The position numbers were made by a program, and so were the translations under genes. A DNA stretch of 64,000 bases, taken from Planctomycetota bacterium (lineage in GTDB: Bacteria; Planctomycetota; UBA1135; UBA2386). Under the pieces are notes generated by a model. It searched no databases. It saw nothing but the letters and a program-made list of their open reading frames with translations, and was not told the DNA's origin. The stretch lies in the NCBI GenBank assembly GCA_016794425.1, contig JAEUHR010000042.1, positions 144,749-208,748 of the forward strand, given 5' to 3'. Below, piece by piece: positions 12,056 to 24,912 of the stretch; within the stretch, counting starts at the first letter, position 1; every line of letters starts with the position of its first letter.

Positions 12056-13161
12056 ACTACGACGCGCTGATGCGGGAAGCGCTGGCGCTGGCCGAGCGCG
12101 GCCGCGCCGAGGTCGAACCGAACCCGCGCGTCGGCTGCCTGCTGCTGCAGGACGGCGCCGTGGTCGGGCGCGGCTGGCACGAGTACTTCGGTGGCCGCCA
12201 CGCCGAGGCGATGGCCCTCGCCGAGGCCGCGGCGCACGGCCGCCGGCCGGACACCGCCGTCGTGACGCTCGAACCGTGCTCGTCGCCGAAGGGGCAACAC
12301 GGCAAGAAGACCGAGCCGTGTGCGCAGGCGCTGGTCGCGGCGGGCGTGCAGCGCGTCGTGATCGGCGCGATCGACCCCGACGCGCGGCACCGGCGCCAGG
12401 GCATCGCCGCGCTCGAGGCCGCCGGCGTCGAGGTGCTCGACGGCGTGCTGGCGTCGGCCTGCGAATCGACGCTGGCGTCGTTCCGGCGCGCGCTGGCGCT
12501 GGACCGGCCGTGGACGCTGTGCAAGTGGGCGATGACCCTCGACGGCAAGACCGCGGCGCCGACCGGCGAGGCGCGCTGGATCTCCGGTCCCGAAGCGCGG
12601 CGCCGCACGCACGAACTGCGGGCGCGCTGCTGCGGCGTGATGGTGGGGTTCCGCACCGCCCAGATCGACGACCCGGAACTCACCGTGCGGCACGTCGAGG
12701 GCAAGCAGCCGGTCCGCATCGTCGTCGACCCGCTCGGCGAGATCGACGACGACAGCAACCTGGTGCGCACCGCGCGGCAGCAGCCGACGTGGCTGTTGGC
12801 CAGCGAGGACGTCGACGCGCGCCGCAGCGGCCACCTGCAGGACCTCGGCGTGCAGGTCGTGCACGTGCCGACCGCCGAAGGGCCGCGCCGGCTGCACCTC
12901 GGCCGCGCGTTCGCCGAACTGCGCCGGCGCGGGCTGCGGCGCCTCCTGGTCGAAGGCGGCGGCGGGCTGGTGGCGCAGATGCTGGCCTGGAACTGTGTCG
13001 ATCAGGTGCTCGCGTTCGTGGCGCCGAAGATCATCGGCGGCCGGCTCGCGCCGACGCCGGTCGGTGGCGACGGGCGGCCGTTCATGGCTGAAGCCTGGCA
13101 GTTGCGCGACGTGCGGTTCGAACCGTGCGGCGACGACGTCGCGATCTCGGGCTTCGTCTGA
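12052..13161 (+). CDS. ribD: Bifunctional riboflavin biosynthesis protein RibD (pyrimidine deaminase / uracil reductase)
   Basis: The deaminase zinc motif HAEAMAL...VTLEPCSS is followed by the reductase domain (WTLCKWAMTLDGK). GTG 12052 overlaps the miaB stop by 4 nt (GTGA). Confidence 0.9.
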   Translation: MNYDALMREALALAERGRAEVEPNPRVGCLLLQDGAVVGRGWHEYFGGRHAEAMALAEAAAHGRRPDTAVVTLEPCSSPKGQHGKKTEPCAQALVAAGVQRVVIGAIDPDARHRRQGIAALEAAGVEVLDGVLASACESTLASFRRALALDRPWTLCKWAMTLDGKTAAPTGEARWISGPEARRRTHELRARCCGVMVGFRTAQIDDPELTVRHVEGKQPVRIVVDPLGEIDDDSNLVRTARQQPTWLLASEDVDARRSGHLQDLGVQVVHVPTAEGPRRLHLGRAFAELRRRGLRRLLVEGGGGLVAQMLAWNCVDQVLAFVAPKIIGGRLAPTPVGGDGRPFMAEAWQLRDVRFEPCGDDVAISGFV

Positions 13162-13189
13162 GCCTGGCGTCCGAGCCTGGCGGCGGCGC

Positions 13190-13588
13190 CTACGGCTCTT
13201 CCGCGTTGTGGATGCAGAGCACGGCGCCGTTGCGCTGGCCCCAGCTGCCCTGGGAGAATTCGACGCGGCCGACGCCCTTCCAGTGGTAGACGACGCGCAT
13301 CGTGTCGCGGCCGCTGAAGTGGAACGGGTTGAACTGCTTGCCGGTGATGTGCGAGCTGGTCTGCGTCGGCGGGCCCAGCACGGTCTGGGCCTCGCTCTCG
13401 GTCATGCCGAGCGTGATCTTCTGCAGCGGCGAGTCGGCGGGCACGTTCTCGTGCATCTTCGCCTTCATCTCGGCTTCCTGGGCCGCGCGCTTGGCCTCCT
13501 TCTCGGCGCGTTTCTCCTCGGCGGACTTGCAGCCGACGGCGAGGCACAGGAGCAGCAGCGGAACGGTGCGGGACAGGATCTTGGTCAT
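13190..13588 (-). CDS. Small lipoprotein, possible BamE/SmpA-OmlA-like fold
   Basis: The signal peptide with lipobox LLCLAVGC is followed by a charged Lys/Glu linker. The segment ITLGMTESEAQTVLGPP resembles the SmpA/OmlA motif. Confidence 0.65.
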   Translation of the reverse strand: MTKILSRTVPLLLLCLAVGCKSAEEKRAEKEAKRAAQEAEMKAKMHENVPADSPLQKITLGMTESEAQTVLGPPTQTSSHITGKQFNPFHFSGRDTMRVVYHWKGVGRVEFSQGSWGQRNGAVLCIHNAEEP

Positions 13589-13816
13589 GGCGGATGTGCG
13601 GCCGGGCCCGATCGGGGCCCGGGGCAGCCGCGCACTCTAGCAGGCAGGCCGTGGCCGCGGCCACGCGCAGGGGCGGTGCCGAGCTGGCGTTCCGCGGTTG
13701 CGGCCGCTGGGTCCGGCAACTAGCCTTCCCCGCCCGCGCGGCCCGCCGTTGCGTCGCCGCCGTCGTCCCTTCTCCGAGGAGTCCGTACCACGTGCAGATG
13801 AAGTCCAAGAGGATCC

Positions 13817-14355
13817 ATGTCCGGCAGGCCTGATTCGCGGCGTCCCGTCCCGGGCGACCGTGGTCCGCGTATCAACCACCAGATCCGCATCCGTCAGGTC
13901 CGCGTCATCGACGAGGAAGGCAAGCAGCTCGGCGTCATGGAGACGGCCGATGCACTCGCGCTGGCGCTGAAGAAGGAACTCGACCTCGTCGAGATCGCAC
14001 CGAACCAGCGGCCCCCCGTGTGCCGCATCATGGACTTCGGCAAGTACAAGTACGAGGAGAAGAAGAAGGAGCAGGCCAGCCGCCGGAAGCAGCACCAGGT
14101 CCAGGTCAAGGAACTGCGCGTGCGCCCCGCGACCGGTGACCACGACCTGCAGGTCAAGATGAAGCAGGCGCGCCAGTTCCTCGCCGACGGCGACAAGGTG
14201 CTGGTCTGCTGTCTGTTCCGCGGCCGCCAGATGGCCCACAAGGAAGTCGGCGAACAGGTCGTCAACGAAGTCGTGAAGCTGCTGGCCGACGTCGCGAAGG
14301 TCGAATCGGGCCTGCGCATGGAAGGCCGGCGCATGGTGCTGCTGCTGACCAAGAA

Positions 14356-14359
<4 letters not shown>
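13817..14359 (+). CDS. infC: Translation initiation factor IF-3
   Basis: RINHQIRIRQVRVIDEEGKQLGV, DLVEIAPNQRPPVCRIMDFGKYKYE and FRGRQMAHKEVG are conserved IF-3 segments. The ATG is preceded by aagagga. Confidence 0.92.
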
Positions 14360-17942
<3,583 letters not shown>

Positions 17943-17946
<4 letters not shown>

Positions 17947-18248
17947 ACCAGCCGATCGCCGCATCGATGACCCTGTTGCTGACCTCGGTCGCCGGACTCG
18001 CGCTGTGGCGCGACACCGGCACGGCGGCAGCGCCGAACCCGGCCGTGCCCGCCGCGCGCGCGGTCCCGCCGATGGCGCCGGCCGCACCGGCGCCGGCCGC
18101 AGTGCCTGCGCCGGCCGGATGGCTGGCGTGGTTGCGCCAATGCCTGGCCCACGACCTCGCGGTCGAACTGCGCCGCGATGACGCCGGCGTGACGCTGCGG
18201 CTCGAGTGGCGCCGGCCGACTCCGGCAATGCCGCTGGCCGATCGGTGA
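17943..18248 (+). CDS. Hypothetical small membrane-anchored protein (weak call)
   Basis: GTG 17943 overlaps the sucA stop (GTGA). It reads VNQPIAASMTLLLTSVAGLALW (one hydrophobic helix) followed by an Ala/Pro-rich linker. I recognise no homology, so it could be a GC artefact. Confidence 0.35.
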
Positions 18249-18398
18249 CAGCACGGCGCGCTGCGGCGCGCGGTGGTCCGGCGCGGTCCCTGGCTCGGAC
18301 CCGGACCCGGGCAACTTGGCCCCTGGTCAAGTCCGCAGAGGTCTGGTCTGTTGGGTGTTTCCCCGCTCCGGCTCAGCCGAGCCGAGGAGACCCCGACG

Positions 18399-19799
18399 AT
18401 GCGCATCTCGACGTTCCTCTGCACCTTACCGTGGCTCGCTGTACTGGCACCTGCCCAGCACACGATCCTGTTCGTGGCCGGCTCGGCCGATCGCAACACG
18501 CTGGCGCTCGACGCACCCGAAGTCGACCTGATGCGCAGCGACGAGATCTACGAGGTCACGCCGCTGCTCGGCGTGGCCTACCCGGCGCGGCCGTTCCTGC
18601 CGATCAGCCTGCAGTACCACTACACCGGCGACCTCGACGGCGACGCGATCTACGTCGAGGACGACAGCGAAGGTCCCGGCGACACGATCGACGAGGTGTT
18701 CGTCAAGGCCGGCACCACGGGCCCGGTGACGCCGCGCGACGTCTACTGGAGCGTCGCGGCCGTGACCACCGCCAACATCCCGGGGCTGCGCGTCAGTGAC
18801 GTCGCGCGCTTCTCGGGCCAGGGCACGCTCGAGTTCTTCCTGACGCACGCGCAGCTGAACGACGCCTGCGGACTCGCCTCGACGTCGACCACGTGCAACC
18901 TCGACGCGCTGTGCCAGTCGGCGGGCGGCGACCTGTTCTTCTCGCAGGCCGGCACGATCACGATCAACGGTGTCTCCACCGAGGACGGTGACCTGTGGCG
19001 GATCCCGAGCGCGGCGATCACCTACGATGCCAACGGCAACGTCAGCGCGATCACCGTCGGCGCGGCGGTCCGCATCGCCACCGAAGACGACCTGATCGCG
19101 ATGGTCGTCGCCAGCGGGCAGCGCTCGTCGGTCGGCGGCGTCATCAACAGCGTCGCGAACCCGGCCTTCGAGCTGTCCGGCATCGAGATCGATCCGAACG
19201 GCGGCACCTGGACGTCGCCGATCGACGCGCAGAACTACCCGAACATCCTGTTCTGCTGGAACGACTTCAGCAACGACGGCGCGATCCTCAGCACGGCCGC
19301 CGGCGGTTCGATCGCGGTGGTCAACGGCGTGCCGATGGGCTCGACCGTCGCCACGCTCGGCGACCAGATCGGCATCCTGCCGGACAGCACCGGCACGTTC
19401 GGCCCCAACGGCCTCGCGCTGGTGCCGCTGCAGCCGCCGACCTTCACGCTGCAGAACTGGCCGGCCAACCAGTTCCCGGCCAGCGCGGTCTGGGTGCCGT
19501 TCCAGCTGCAGACCAGCGGCGGCACGCCGGCCGGCTTCACGGTGCTGGTCTGGTCGGTCGAGTCCGCGGCCGCCAACGGCACGTTCCCGGCGCTGCCGGC
19601 GTTCGCGCCGTTCGTCGGTGAGTTCGGCGTGCTCTCGCCGAACATCTTCGGCCTCTACGCCAACGACGCACTCGGCAACTGCGTGTCCGAGACCTTCCTG
19701 ATCGAGGCCGCCCTCGTGCACGGCGTCAACCTCGCCTGCCAGGCCCTCGACTTCACGACCTTCCGTCTGTCGACGCCGTCGGCGGCGACGTTCCTGTGA
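18399..19799 (+). CDS. Secreted protein of unknown function, tandem paralog A
   Basis: ATG 18399 is preceded by gaggaga. The signal peptide is MRISTFLCTLPWLAVLAPAQ. The protein aligns over its full length with the next gene. I recognise no known domain. Confidence 0.75.
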   Translation: MRISTFLCTLPWLAVLAPAQHTILFVAGSADRNTLALDAPEVDLMRSDEIYEVTPLLGVAYPARPFLPISLQYHYTGDLDGDAIYVEDDSEGPGDTIDEVFVKAGTTGPVTPRDVYWSVAAVTTANIPGLRVSDVARFSGQGTLEFFLTHAQLNDACGLASTSTTCNLDALCQSAGGDLFFSQAGTITINGVSTEDGDLWRIPSAAITYDANGNVSAITVGAAVRIATEDDLIAMVVASGQRSSVGGVINSVANPAFELSGIEIDPNGGTWTSPIDAQNYPNILFCWNDFSNDGAILSTAAGGSIAVVNGVPMGSTVATLGDQIGILPDSTGTFGPNGLALVPLQPPTFTLQNWPANQFPASAVWVPFQLQTSGGTPAGFTVLVWSVESAAANGTFPALPAFAPFVGEFGVLSPNIFGLYANDALGNCVSETFLIEAALVHGVNLACQALDFTTFRLSTPSAATFL

Positions 19800-19877
19800 G
19801 GTGCGCCGATGACGATTCCACGCTCGGCCGTTCCCTGCCGCCCTGTTCCCGCCTTCGCCACCCCTGGAGCCTTCCGG

Positions 19878-21260
19878 ATGCGCCCCTTCGCCTTCCCCGT
19901 CCTGTTCCCGCTGCTGCTGGCCGCCGTGCCGGCGCAGCATGCGATCCTCGTCACCTCGAGCGTCAGCGCCGGTGAACAGACGCTCGCGCTCGATCTGCCG
20001 GCCGTCGACTTCGTCGACCCCGATGCGATCTACGAAGTCGTGCCGCTGCCCGGTACGCCGTACAGCGCGCGGCCGTTCCTGCCGGTCAGCCTGCAATGGC
20101 ACTACGTCGGCGACCTCGACAACGACGGCCAGTACGTCGAGGGCTCGGTCGACGGACCGATGGGCTCGAGCGCGACGATCGACGAGATCTTCGTCAAGGC
20201 CGGCACCGTGGCGCCGGTCGGCCCGCGCGACGTGTTCTTCAGCATCTCGGCCGCGAATGCGGTGTTCGGCGTGCTCGCGTCGGACGTCGTGCGGTACGCC
20301 GGCCAAGGCGTGCGCGAGGTGTTCCTGACCGAGGCGCAGCTCGAAGTCGCGACCGGCGGCACGACGTTGAACCTCGACGCGCTGTGCCAATCGCCGGCCG
20401 GCGACCTGTTCCTGTCGTTCGCGCTCGGCGAGACCCTGCACTTCGGCAGCGCGCTCGACGGCGACCTGCTGTTCGTGCCGGCCAGCTCGATCACCTACGA
20501 CGGCAGCGGCAACGTGCTGTCGATCGCCGCCAACGCGGCGGTGCGGGTCGCCACCGAGGCCAACTTGGTGGCGATGCGCACCAACAGCGGCTTCCGCGAG
20601 TTCGACGGCACGACGCCGACGACGACGTTCAACCTGTCGGGCCTCGAGATCGACCCGAACGGCGGCACCTGGATCTCGCCGGTCGATGCGCTGGCGTACC
20701 CGAACGTGCTGTTCACCTGGAAGGACTCGTCGAACGACGGCGCGATCCTCAGCACCGCGGCCGGCGGCAGTTTCGCAGTCGTCAACGGCGTCACGCTCGG
20801 GTCGGCGGTGGCGACGACCGGTGCGCAGCTCGGCTGGCAGCCCGGCCTCAGCGGCACCAACGGCCCGAACGGGCTGGCCCTGATCCCGCTGCAGGCGCCG
20901 CAGTTCCAGGTGCTGAACTACCCGCGCAACCTGCACACGCAGGGCGACGGCCAGACGTTCGTGCAGCTGCAGACCAGCGGCGGCGCGCCGAACGGCTTCA
21001 CGATCCTGGCCTGGTCGGTCGAGGCGTCGGTGGCGGGTGGCACGTTCCCGGCGATCCCGGCGTTCGCGCCGTTCGCCGGCGAGTTCGGCATCACGGCGCC
21101 GCTGGTCATCGGTCTGTTCTTCAACGACGCGCTCGGCAACTGCGCGTCGCCGCTGATCGTGCTCGACACGGCGCTGATGTCCGGCGCGCAGGTCGCGGCG
21201 CAGGCCGTCGACTTCCCGTCGTTCCAGCTGTCGACGCCGTCGGCGATGAGCTTCCTGTGA
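19878..21260 (+). CDS. Secreted protein of unknown function, tandem paralog B
   Basis: ATG 19878 gives the signal peptide MRPFAFPVLFPLLLAAVPAQ. Blocks shared with paralog A include ARPFLP(I/V)SLQ, NLDALCQS, EIDPNGGTW, NDGAILSTAAGGS, LQTSGG, GTFPA(L/I)PAFAPF and the C-terminal LSTPSA..FL. Confidence 0.75.
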   Translation: MRPFAFPVLFPLLLAAVPAQHAILVTSSVSAGEQTLALDLPAVDFVDPDAIYEVVPLPGTPYSARPFLPVSLQWHYVGDLDNDGQYVEGSVDGPMGSSATIDEIFVKAGTVAPVGPRDVFFSISAANAVFGVLASDVVRYAGQGVREVFLTEAQLEVATGGTTLNLDALCQSPAGDLFLSFALGETLHFGSALDGDLLFVPASSITYDGSGNVLSIAANAAVRVATEANLVAMRTNSGFREFDGTTPTTTFNLSGLEIDPNGGTWISPVDALAYPNVLFTWKDSSNDGAILSTAAGGSFAVVNGVTLGSAVATTGAQLGWQPGLSGTNGPNGLALIPLQAPQFQVLNYPRNLHTQGDGQTFVQLQTSGGAPNGFTILAWSVEASVAGGTFPAIPAFAPFAGEFGITAPLVIGLFFNDALGNCASPLIVLDTALMSGAQVAAQAVDFPSFQLSTPSAMSFL

Positions 21261-21266
21261 GCGGCG

Positions 21267-21914
21267 TCAGCCGCTGACCGAATGCGCGAACGCGGCGGCC
21301 GCCGCGATCGCCGCCGCGAGGTGGCCGGCGGCCGTGTGGCCGCTGCGCTGGCGCGGCGCCAGCGAGTGGTCGCCGTCGGCGGACCACTCGACGCGGATCG
21401 CCGGCGCGAGCTCGTAGCCGGCGACCTCGGCGCGAGTGCCGAACGGGTCGCGTTCGCCCTGCAGGATCAAGGTCGGCGTGCGCAGCGTGCGCAGGTGCTC
21501 GGTGCGCAACTGTGTCGGGCGGCGCGGCGGGTGGAACGGGTAGCCGAACACGATCACGCCGGCGGCGCCGAGGTCGTCGGCGATCGTCGTCGCGACGCGG
21601 CCGCCCATCGACTTGCCGGCCAGCACGAACGGCGCCGGCGCGTGGGCGCGCACGACCTCGCGCATCGAGTCCTGCAGCACCGGCAGGCGGTCCGGTCCGC
21701 GCCGTCGCCCGCTGCGCGCGGCGTGCTGGTAGGGGAACTCGAAGCGCACGACCGCGAAGCCGGCTTCGGCGAGCCCGGCGGCGACCTGCGCGAGGAACGG
21801 GTGGTCCATGCCGGCCCCGGCGCCGTGCGCCAGCACGATCGTTGCCTGAGTGGAGCGGGGTCCATCTCGCAGAATCGGAGTGCCATCGGTCATGAGCGGA
21901 TCGGACGGGGCCAT
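21267..21914 (-). CDS. Alpha/beta hydrolase family protein (dienelactone hydrolase / KANL3-Tex30-like)
   Basis: VLAHGAGAGMDHPFL, the nucleophile-elbow-like GKSMGGR and LILQGERDPFG are present. The protein is 215 aa. Confidence 0.75.
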   Translation of the reverse strand: MAPSDPLMTDGTPILRDGPRSTQATIVLAHGAGAGMDHPFLAQVAAGLAEAGFAVVRFEFPYQHAARSGRRRGPDRLPVLQDSMREVVRAHAPAPFVLAGKSMGGRVATTIADDLGAAGVIVFGYPFHPPRRPTQLRTEHLRTLRTPTLILQGERDPFGTRAEVAGYELAPAIRVEWSADGDHSLAPRQRSGHTAAGHLAAAIAAAAAFAHSVSG

Positions 21915-22418
21915 GTGCTTCTTGCGGTACCGTCACGCACGACGCTTGCCGCGCGAGTGTTCCCGCGCGAGGGGCCTACTGCGGACAAGATCATCCGGCG
22001 CGGGGCAGCGTCTCAAGGGCGGAATGGTCCGCGAGCCTTGACGCGCAAGCGCAGCCGAACATGGAGTTCGAAGGCGTGGCACCCCTAAGCAGCGGCTGGC
22101 CCCGCTGGACGGCTGGTGGCAGCGACACGGGCCGCTGCTCGACGGGCCGGGGGAGTCGTACGCACTCGACCAGGAAGCCACGCCCAGCTTCAACGACACC
22201 ACAGGGTCGCGAGCGGCCGGCCAAGGCTCCTCGTCCAGCAGCGCGCCGACAGCGACTCGCGCGTCGCCCGGCGTCGCCGGTAATCACGGCTGTGCGGCCG
22301 TACACAGGTCCTGCGGCTCCAATCTGCGGGCTGGCCGATCGCCTGACTGACGGTGTGTGGCGATGAAGGGCTGGTGGCGGCTGAGACCATAGTAGCATAG
22401 CTTCCATGGAGGTTGGTC

Positions 22419-23510
22419 ATGGCGATGCGTAGAACTGGTTGCCTACTTGCAGCGGCGTTGTGTGTTGCGTCAGGCGGAGTGGCTCAGCGGGAGCCTGCTC
22501 GAAGTGGGTTGGTATGCGTAGCGGGTGCGCCGTGGGTCTGGCGCGTCACGGACAGCGGCCGGGTTGAATTGTCAGCAATCAGGGAGCAGGGCGGCGAAAC
22601 GAGATTCGATGACTGGCAGGCTGTTCCGGGCGTGGGGGGCGCCGTGAAGCGAGTTGTGTGGTGTGCGGCTGAAGAGGTTGAGCCTGGACTGCTTTGTGTC
22701 GTGACGCGACTGATGCCGGGGGCGTCGTCCTGCATTCAGGTCGCCGTAGTAGAGGTTGCAGATGGGTTCATCCGTGTCGCAGGGCTAGCCGAGATTGGCG
22801 AAGTCCGCTTCATGCGAGAGGTGGAGTCCGGGGGTGCGCCGGCCGGTCAGGATGGCGTCGTACAAATGGCGACCCAAGATGTCCGCGGAGCTGTGCTCTT
22901 GGATTGGCGGCCGGCCGTACGAGAGGGGCGGTGCTTGATAGAGGTCGGGGGCTTGCATGGGGAGGCGGGAGCGAGCCCGCAGGGAGCGGTGCGTGGGGCG
23001 GTATTGGAGTGCATCGTTGCCTTCGCGGCCGTTCCTCGTGAGGCGGACCGGGCGCCTGTGCCTCTCGAGCGACAGAGTCTGTTTGGAGAGTGGCGGTGGG
23101 CTGGGCGTGATCTGAAGGGCTTGCATGGTTCTGGGGCCGTAGCTGCGGGTGTGCGCGTGGGAGACGGAGTGACCGATGCGGTGTGTGTGTGGCGGCGAGC
23201 GGGCGGGAATGGCTGGATGCCGGCGGGTGGATTTGTTGTGGGTGGCGCCGAGTGGTATGAGATGGAGTCCTTGGGCGAGGATGGTCGTGGTGTCGTGATG
23301 ACGTGCCGTGCCGGTGAGGCTGGCGTTGTCATGTGTCGTTCGTGGGCGTCGGTGAATGGTGAGAGGAAGTGGGAGGTGTGTGATGAGCGGGTCTGGCGTC
23401 CAAGCAGCCAGCACCTGCGACCCACGGGCTATGCGAGCGTGGGCAAGCATGAATGGGTGCTATGGAGCGGGCGTGGGGGCGGCGAACAGGTGACGCGGTA
23501 CCGGCGATGA
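22419..23510 (+). CDS. Orphan secreted Trp/Cys/Gly/Val-rich protein in a compositionally atypical island
   Basis: This is the only long open frame in a region of visibly lower GC. ggagg lies 6 nt before ATG 22419. The signal-peptide-like N-terminus is MAMRRTGCLLAAALCVASGGVAQ. Codon third positions are far less GC-biased than in all neighbours. I recognise no domain. Confidence 0.55.
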   Translation: MAMRRTGCLLAAALCVASGGVAQREPARSGLVCVAGAPWVWRVTDSGRVELSAIREQGGETRFDDWQAVPGVGGAVKRVVWCAAEEVEPGLLCVVTRLMPGASSCIQVAVVEVADGFIRVAGLAEIGEVRFMREVESGGAPAGQDGVVQMATQDVRGAVLLDWRPAVREGRCLIEVGGLHGEAGASPQGAVRGAVLECIVAFAAVPREADRAPVPLERQSLFGEWRWAGRDLKGLHGSGAVAAGVRVGDGVTDAVCVWRRAGGNGWMPAGGFVVGGAEWYEMESLGEDGRGVVMTCRAGEAGVVMCRSWASVNGERKWEVCDERVWRPSSQHLRPTGYASVGKHEWVLWSGRGGGEQVTRYRR

Positions 23511-23771
23511 GGAGATCGCTCGGACTGCGAGTGCGCTCGTCCTCTCGGTGAATGGCCCTGCTCACTCGGAGTGTCTTCGACTGCGGGCAGAACGAGTCGT
23601 TCGGCCCTTTGCTCGGGCGCGAGCCAACAGGTTGCTTGCGCAAAGGGCAGCGATGGGTGGAGGCTCGGCGGATGCAGCGACCGCACGGGGAAGCTGAAGC
23701 CGGGGAATACCCAGGTGATCCGGTGGTCGGGCGGACTTGGTCGCTGTGACGATGGAGTAGTCGCCTGCCGC

Positions 23772-24482
23772 TTACTTGGGGCTCGGCGCGGGCTCTGCCG
23801 CGGCGGTCGGTGGCACAACCAGCTTGCCATCGGCACCGACCGGGCCGACGACGACCAGCGTCTCGGGCCAGAACGTCACGCGCGGCTTGATCACCAGCGA
23901 GTCCGGGAACATGCGGCGCAGCTGGCGCGCGGTCAGCAGGTGCACGTCGCTGAAGTCGTTGCCGGGCATGTAGCGGCCGCGCACGTGGTTGTAGGCCCAC
24001 ATTCTGGTCAGCTTGTGCATCGCCTTCGGCGGCAGCCACGACACGAACGGCATGCGGGCGTGGAACTCGAACGGATACCACTTGTTCGGCGTGGTCAGGA
24101 ACCAGCGCTTGCCGACGCGGCGCACCTCGTCGGCCATGCGCGCCTGGTCGTCGAGGGTGCCGACGTGTTCGATCACCGCGTTGCTGTAGACGAGGTCGAA
24201 CGACTTGTCCTCGAACGGCAGTTTGCGCGCGTCGGCCTGCACGGTCGTGATGCCGGGGTAGGCCTGGCGGATGTTGTCGAGGTGCTCCGGGAACAGGTTG
24301 GCCGCGGTGATGCGGCTCTTGTCCGGGAAGCGCTCGAGGATCTGGCGCGACTGCGCGTCGACCTGGCTGCCGATGTCGAGCACGCGTTCCTTGCCGGTCA
24401 GCGGCAGGTAGCGCTCGAGCAGCTCCATCTTGATCCGGCGCGAGCGCAGCGACAGCCGGTTGAACAGCGCGGTGATGCCCAT
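23772..24482 (-). CDS. Class I SAM-dependent methyltransferase (Methyltransf_11-like)
   Basis: ATG 24482 gives MGITALFNRL. The SAM-binding motif VLDIGSQ and the block FDLVYSNAVIEHV are present. The stop is TAA. Confidence 0.8.
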   Translation of the reverse strand: MGITALFNRLSLRSRRIKMELLERYLPLTGKERVLDIGSQVDAQSRQILERFPDKSRITAANLFPEHLDNIRQAYPGITTVQADARKLPFEDKSFDLVYSNAVIEHVGTLDDQARMADEVRRVGKRWFLTTPNKWYPFEFHARMPFVSWLPPKAMHKLTRMWAYNHVRGRYMPGNDFSDVHLLTARQLRRMFPDSLVIKPRVTFWPETLVVVGPVGADGKLVVPPTAAAEPAPSPK

Positions 24483-24495
24483 CGTGGCGCGCGAA

Positions 24496-24897
24496 CTATA
24501 GCCGCCGATCGCGCAGCAGGAACGAGAACGTGCCCTTGGCGACGAGGCGTGTGCCCTGTTCGACCGTGCTCTCGCAGACCGCGATCGTGCGGCCGATGCG
24601 CAGCGGCACCGCGGTGGCACGGAGCGGTGGCCCGGCCGGGTCGGCCGCGGCGAGGAACTGCATCGCGCAGCCGGTGCCGGTCATCGTGCGGGCCGGTCCC
24701 AGATCGGGCCACAGCACGTAGACCGCGGCGGTGTCGGCGAGCGCGGTCAGGATGCCGCCCTGCACGACGCCGGCCTCCTGCGCGAACGCGGCGCGCACCG
24801 GCAGTTCGAGTTCGACGCGCTCGGCGCTGCGCCGCAGCAGCCGGAAGCCGAAGAAGCCGTTGCAGGGAGCGGCCGCGAGCAGGTCGACGGGGTCCAC
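24496..24897 (-). CDS. PaaI-family hotdog-fold thioesterase
   Basis: NGFFGFRLL...ELELPV...QEAGVVQGGILTALADTA is the typical PaaI/DUF4442-type pattern. The protein is 133 aa with a GTG start. Confidence 0.8.
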   Translation of the reverse strand: MDPVDLLAAAPCNGFFGFRLLRRSAERVELELPVRAAFAQEAGVVQGGILTALADTAAVYVLWPDLGPARTMTGTGCAMQFLAAADPAGPPLRATAVPLRIGRTIAVCESTVEQGTRLVAKGTFSFLLRDRRL

Positions 24898-24912
24898 GCG
24901 GCGAGGGTAGCG

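Noticed and set aside
13115-13124. tRNA T-loop-like ggttcgaacc (a second, ggttcgaatc, lies at 52593..52602)
   Set aside because: Both lie inside well-supported coding sequences (ribD and the HddA-like kinase). They lack flanking acceptor or anticodon stem complementarity.
21915-22418. Possible ncRNA (RNase P, tmRNA, SRP) or integrase remnant in the 500-bp non-coding stretch
   Set aside because: I saw no RNase P GAAAGUCCGG-type core, tmRNA ends, tRNA-like structure or recognisable recombinase peptide in any frame. Only the compositional anomaly is reported.
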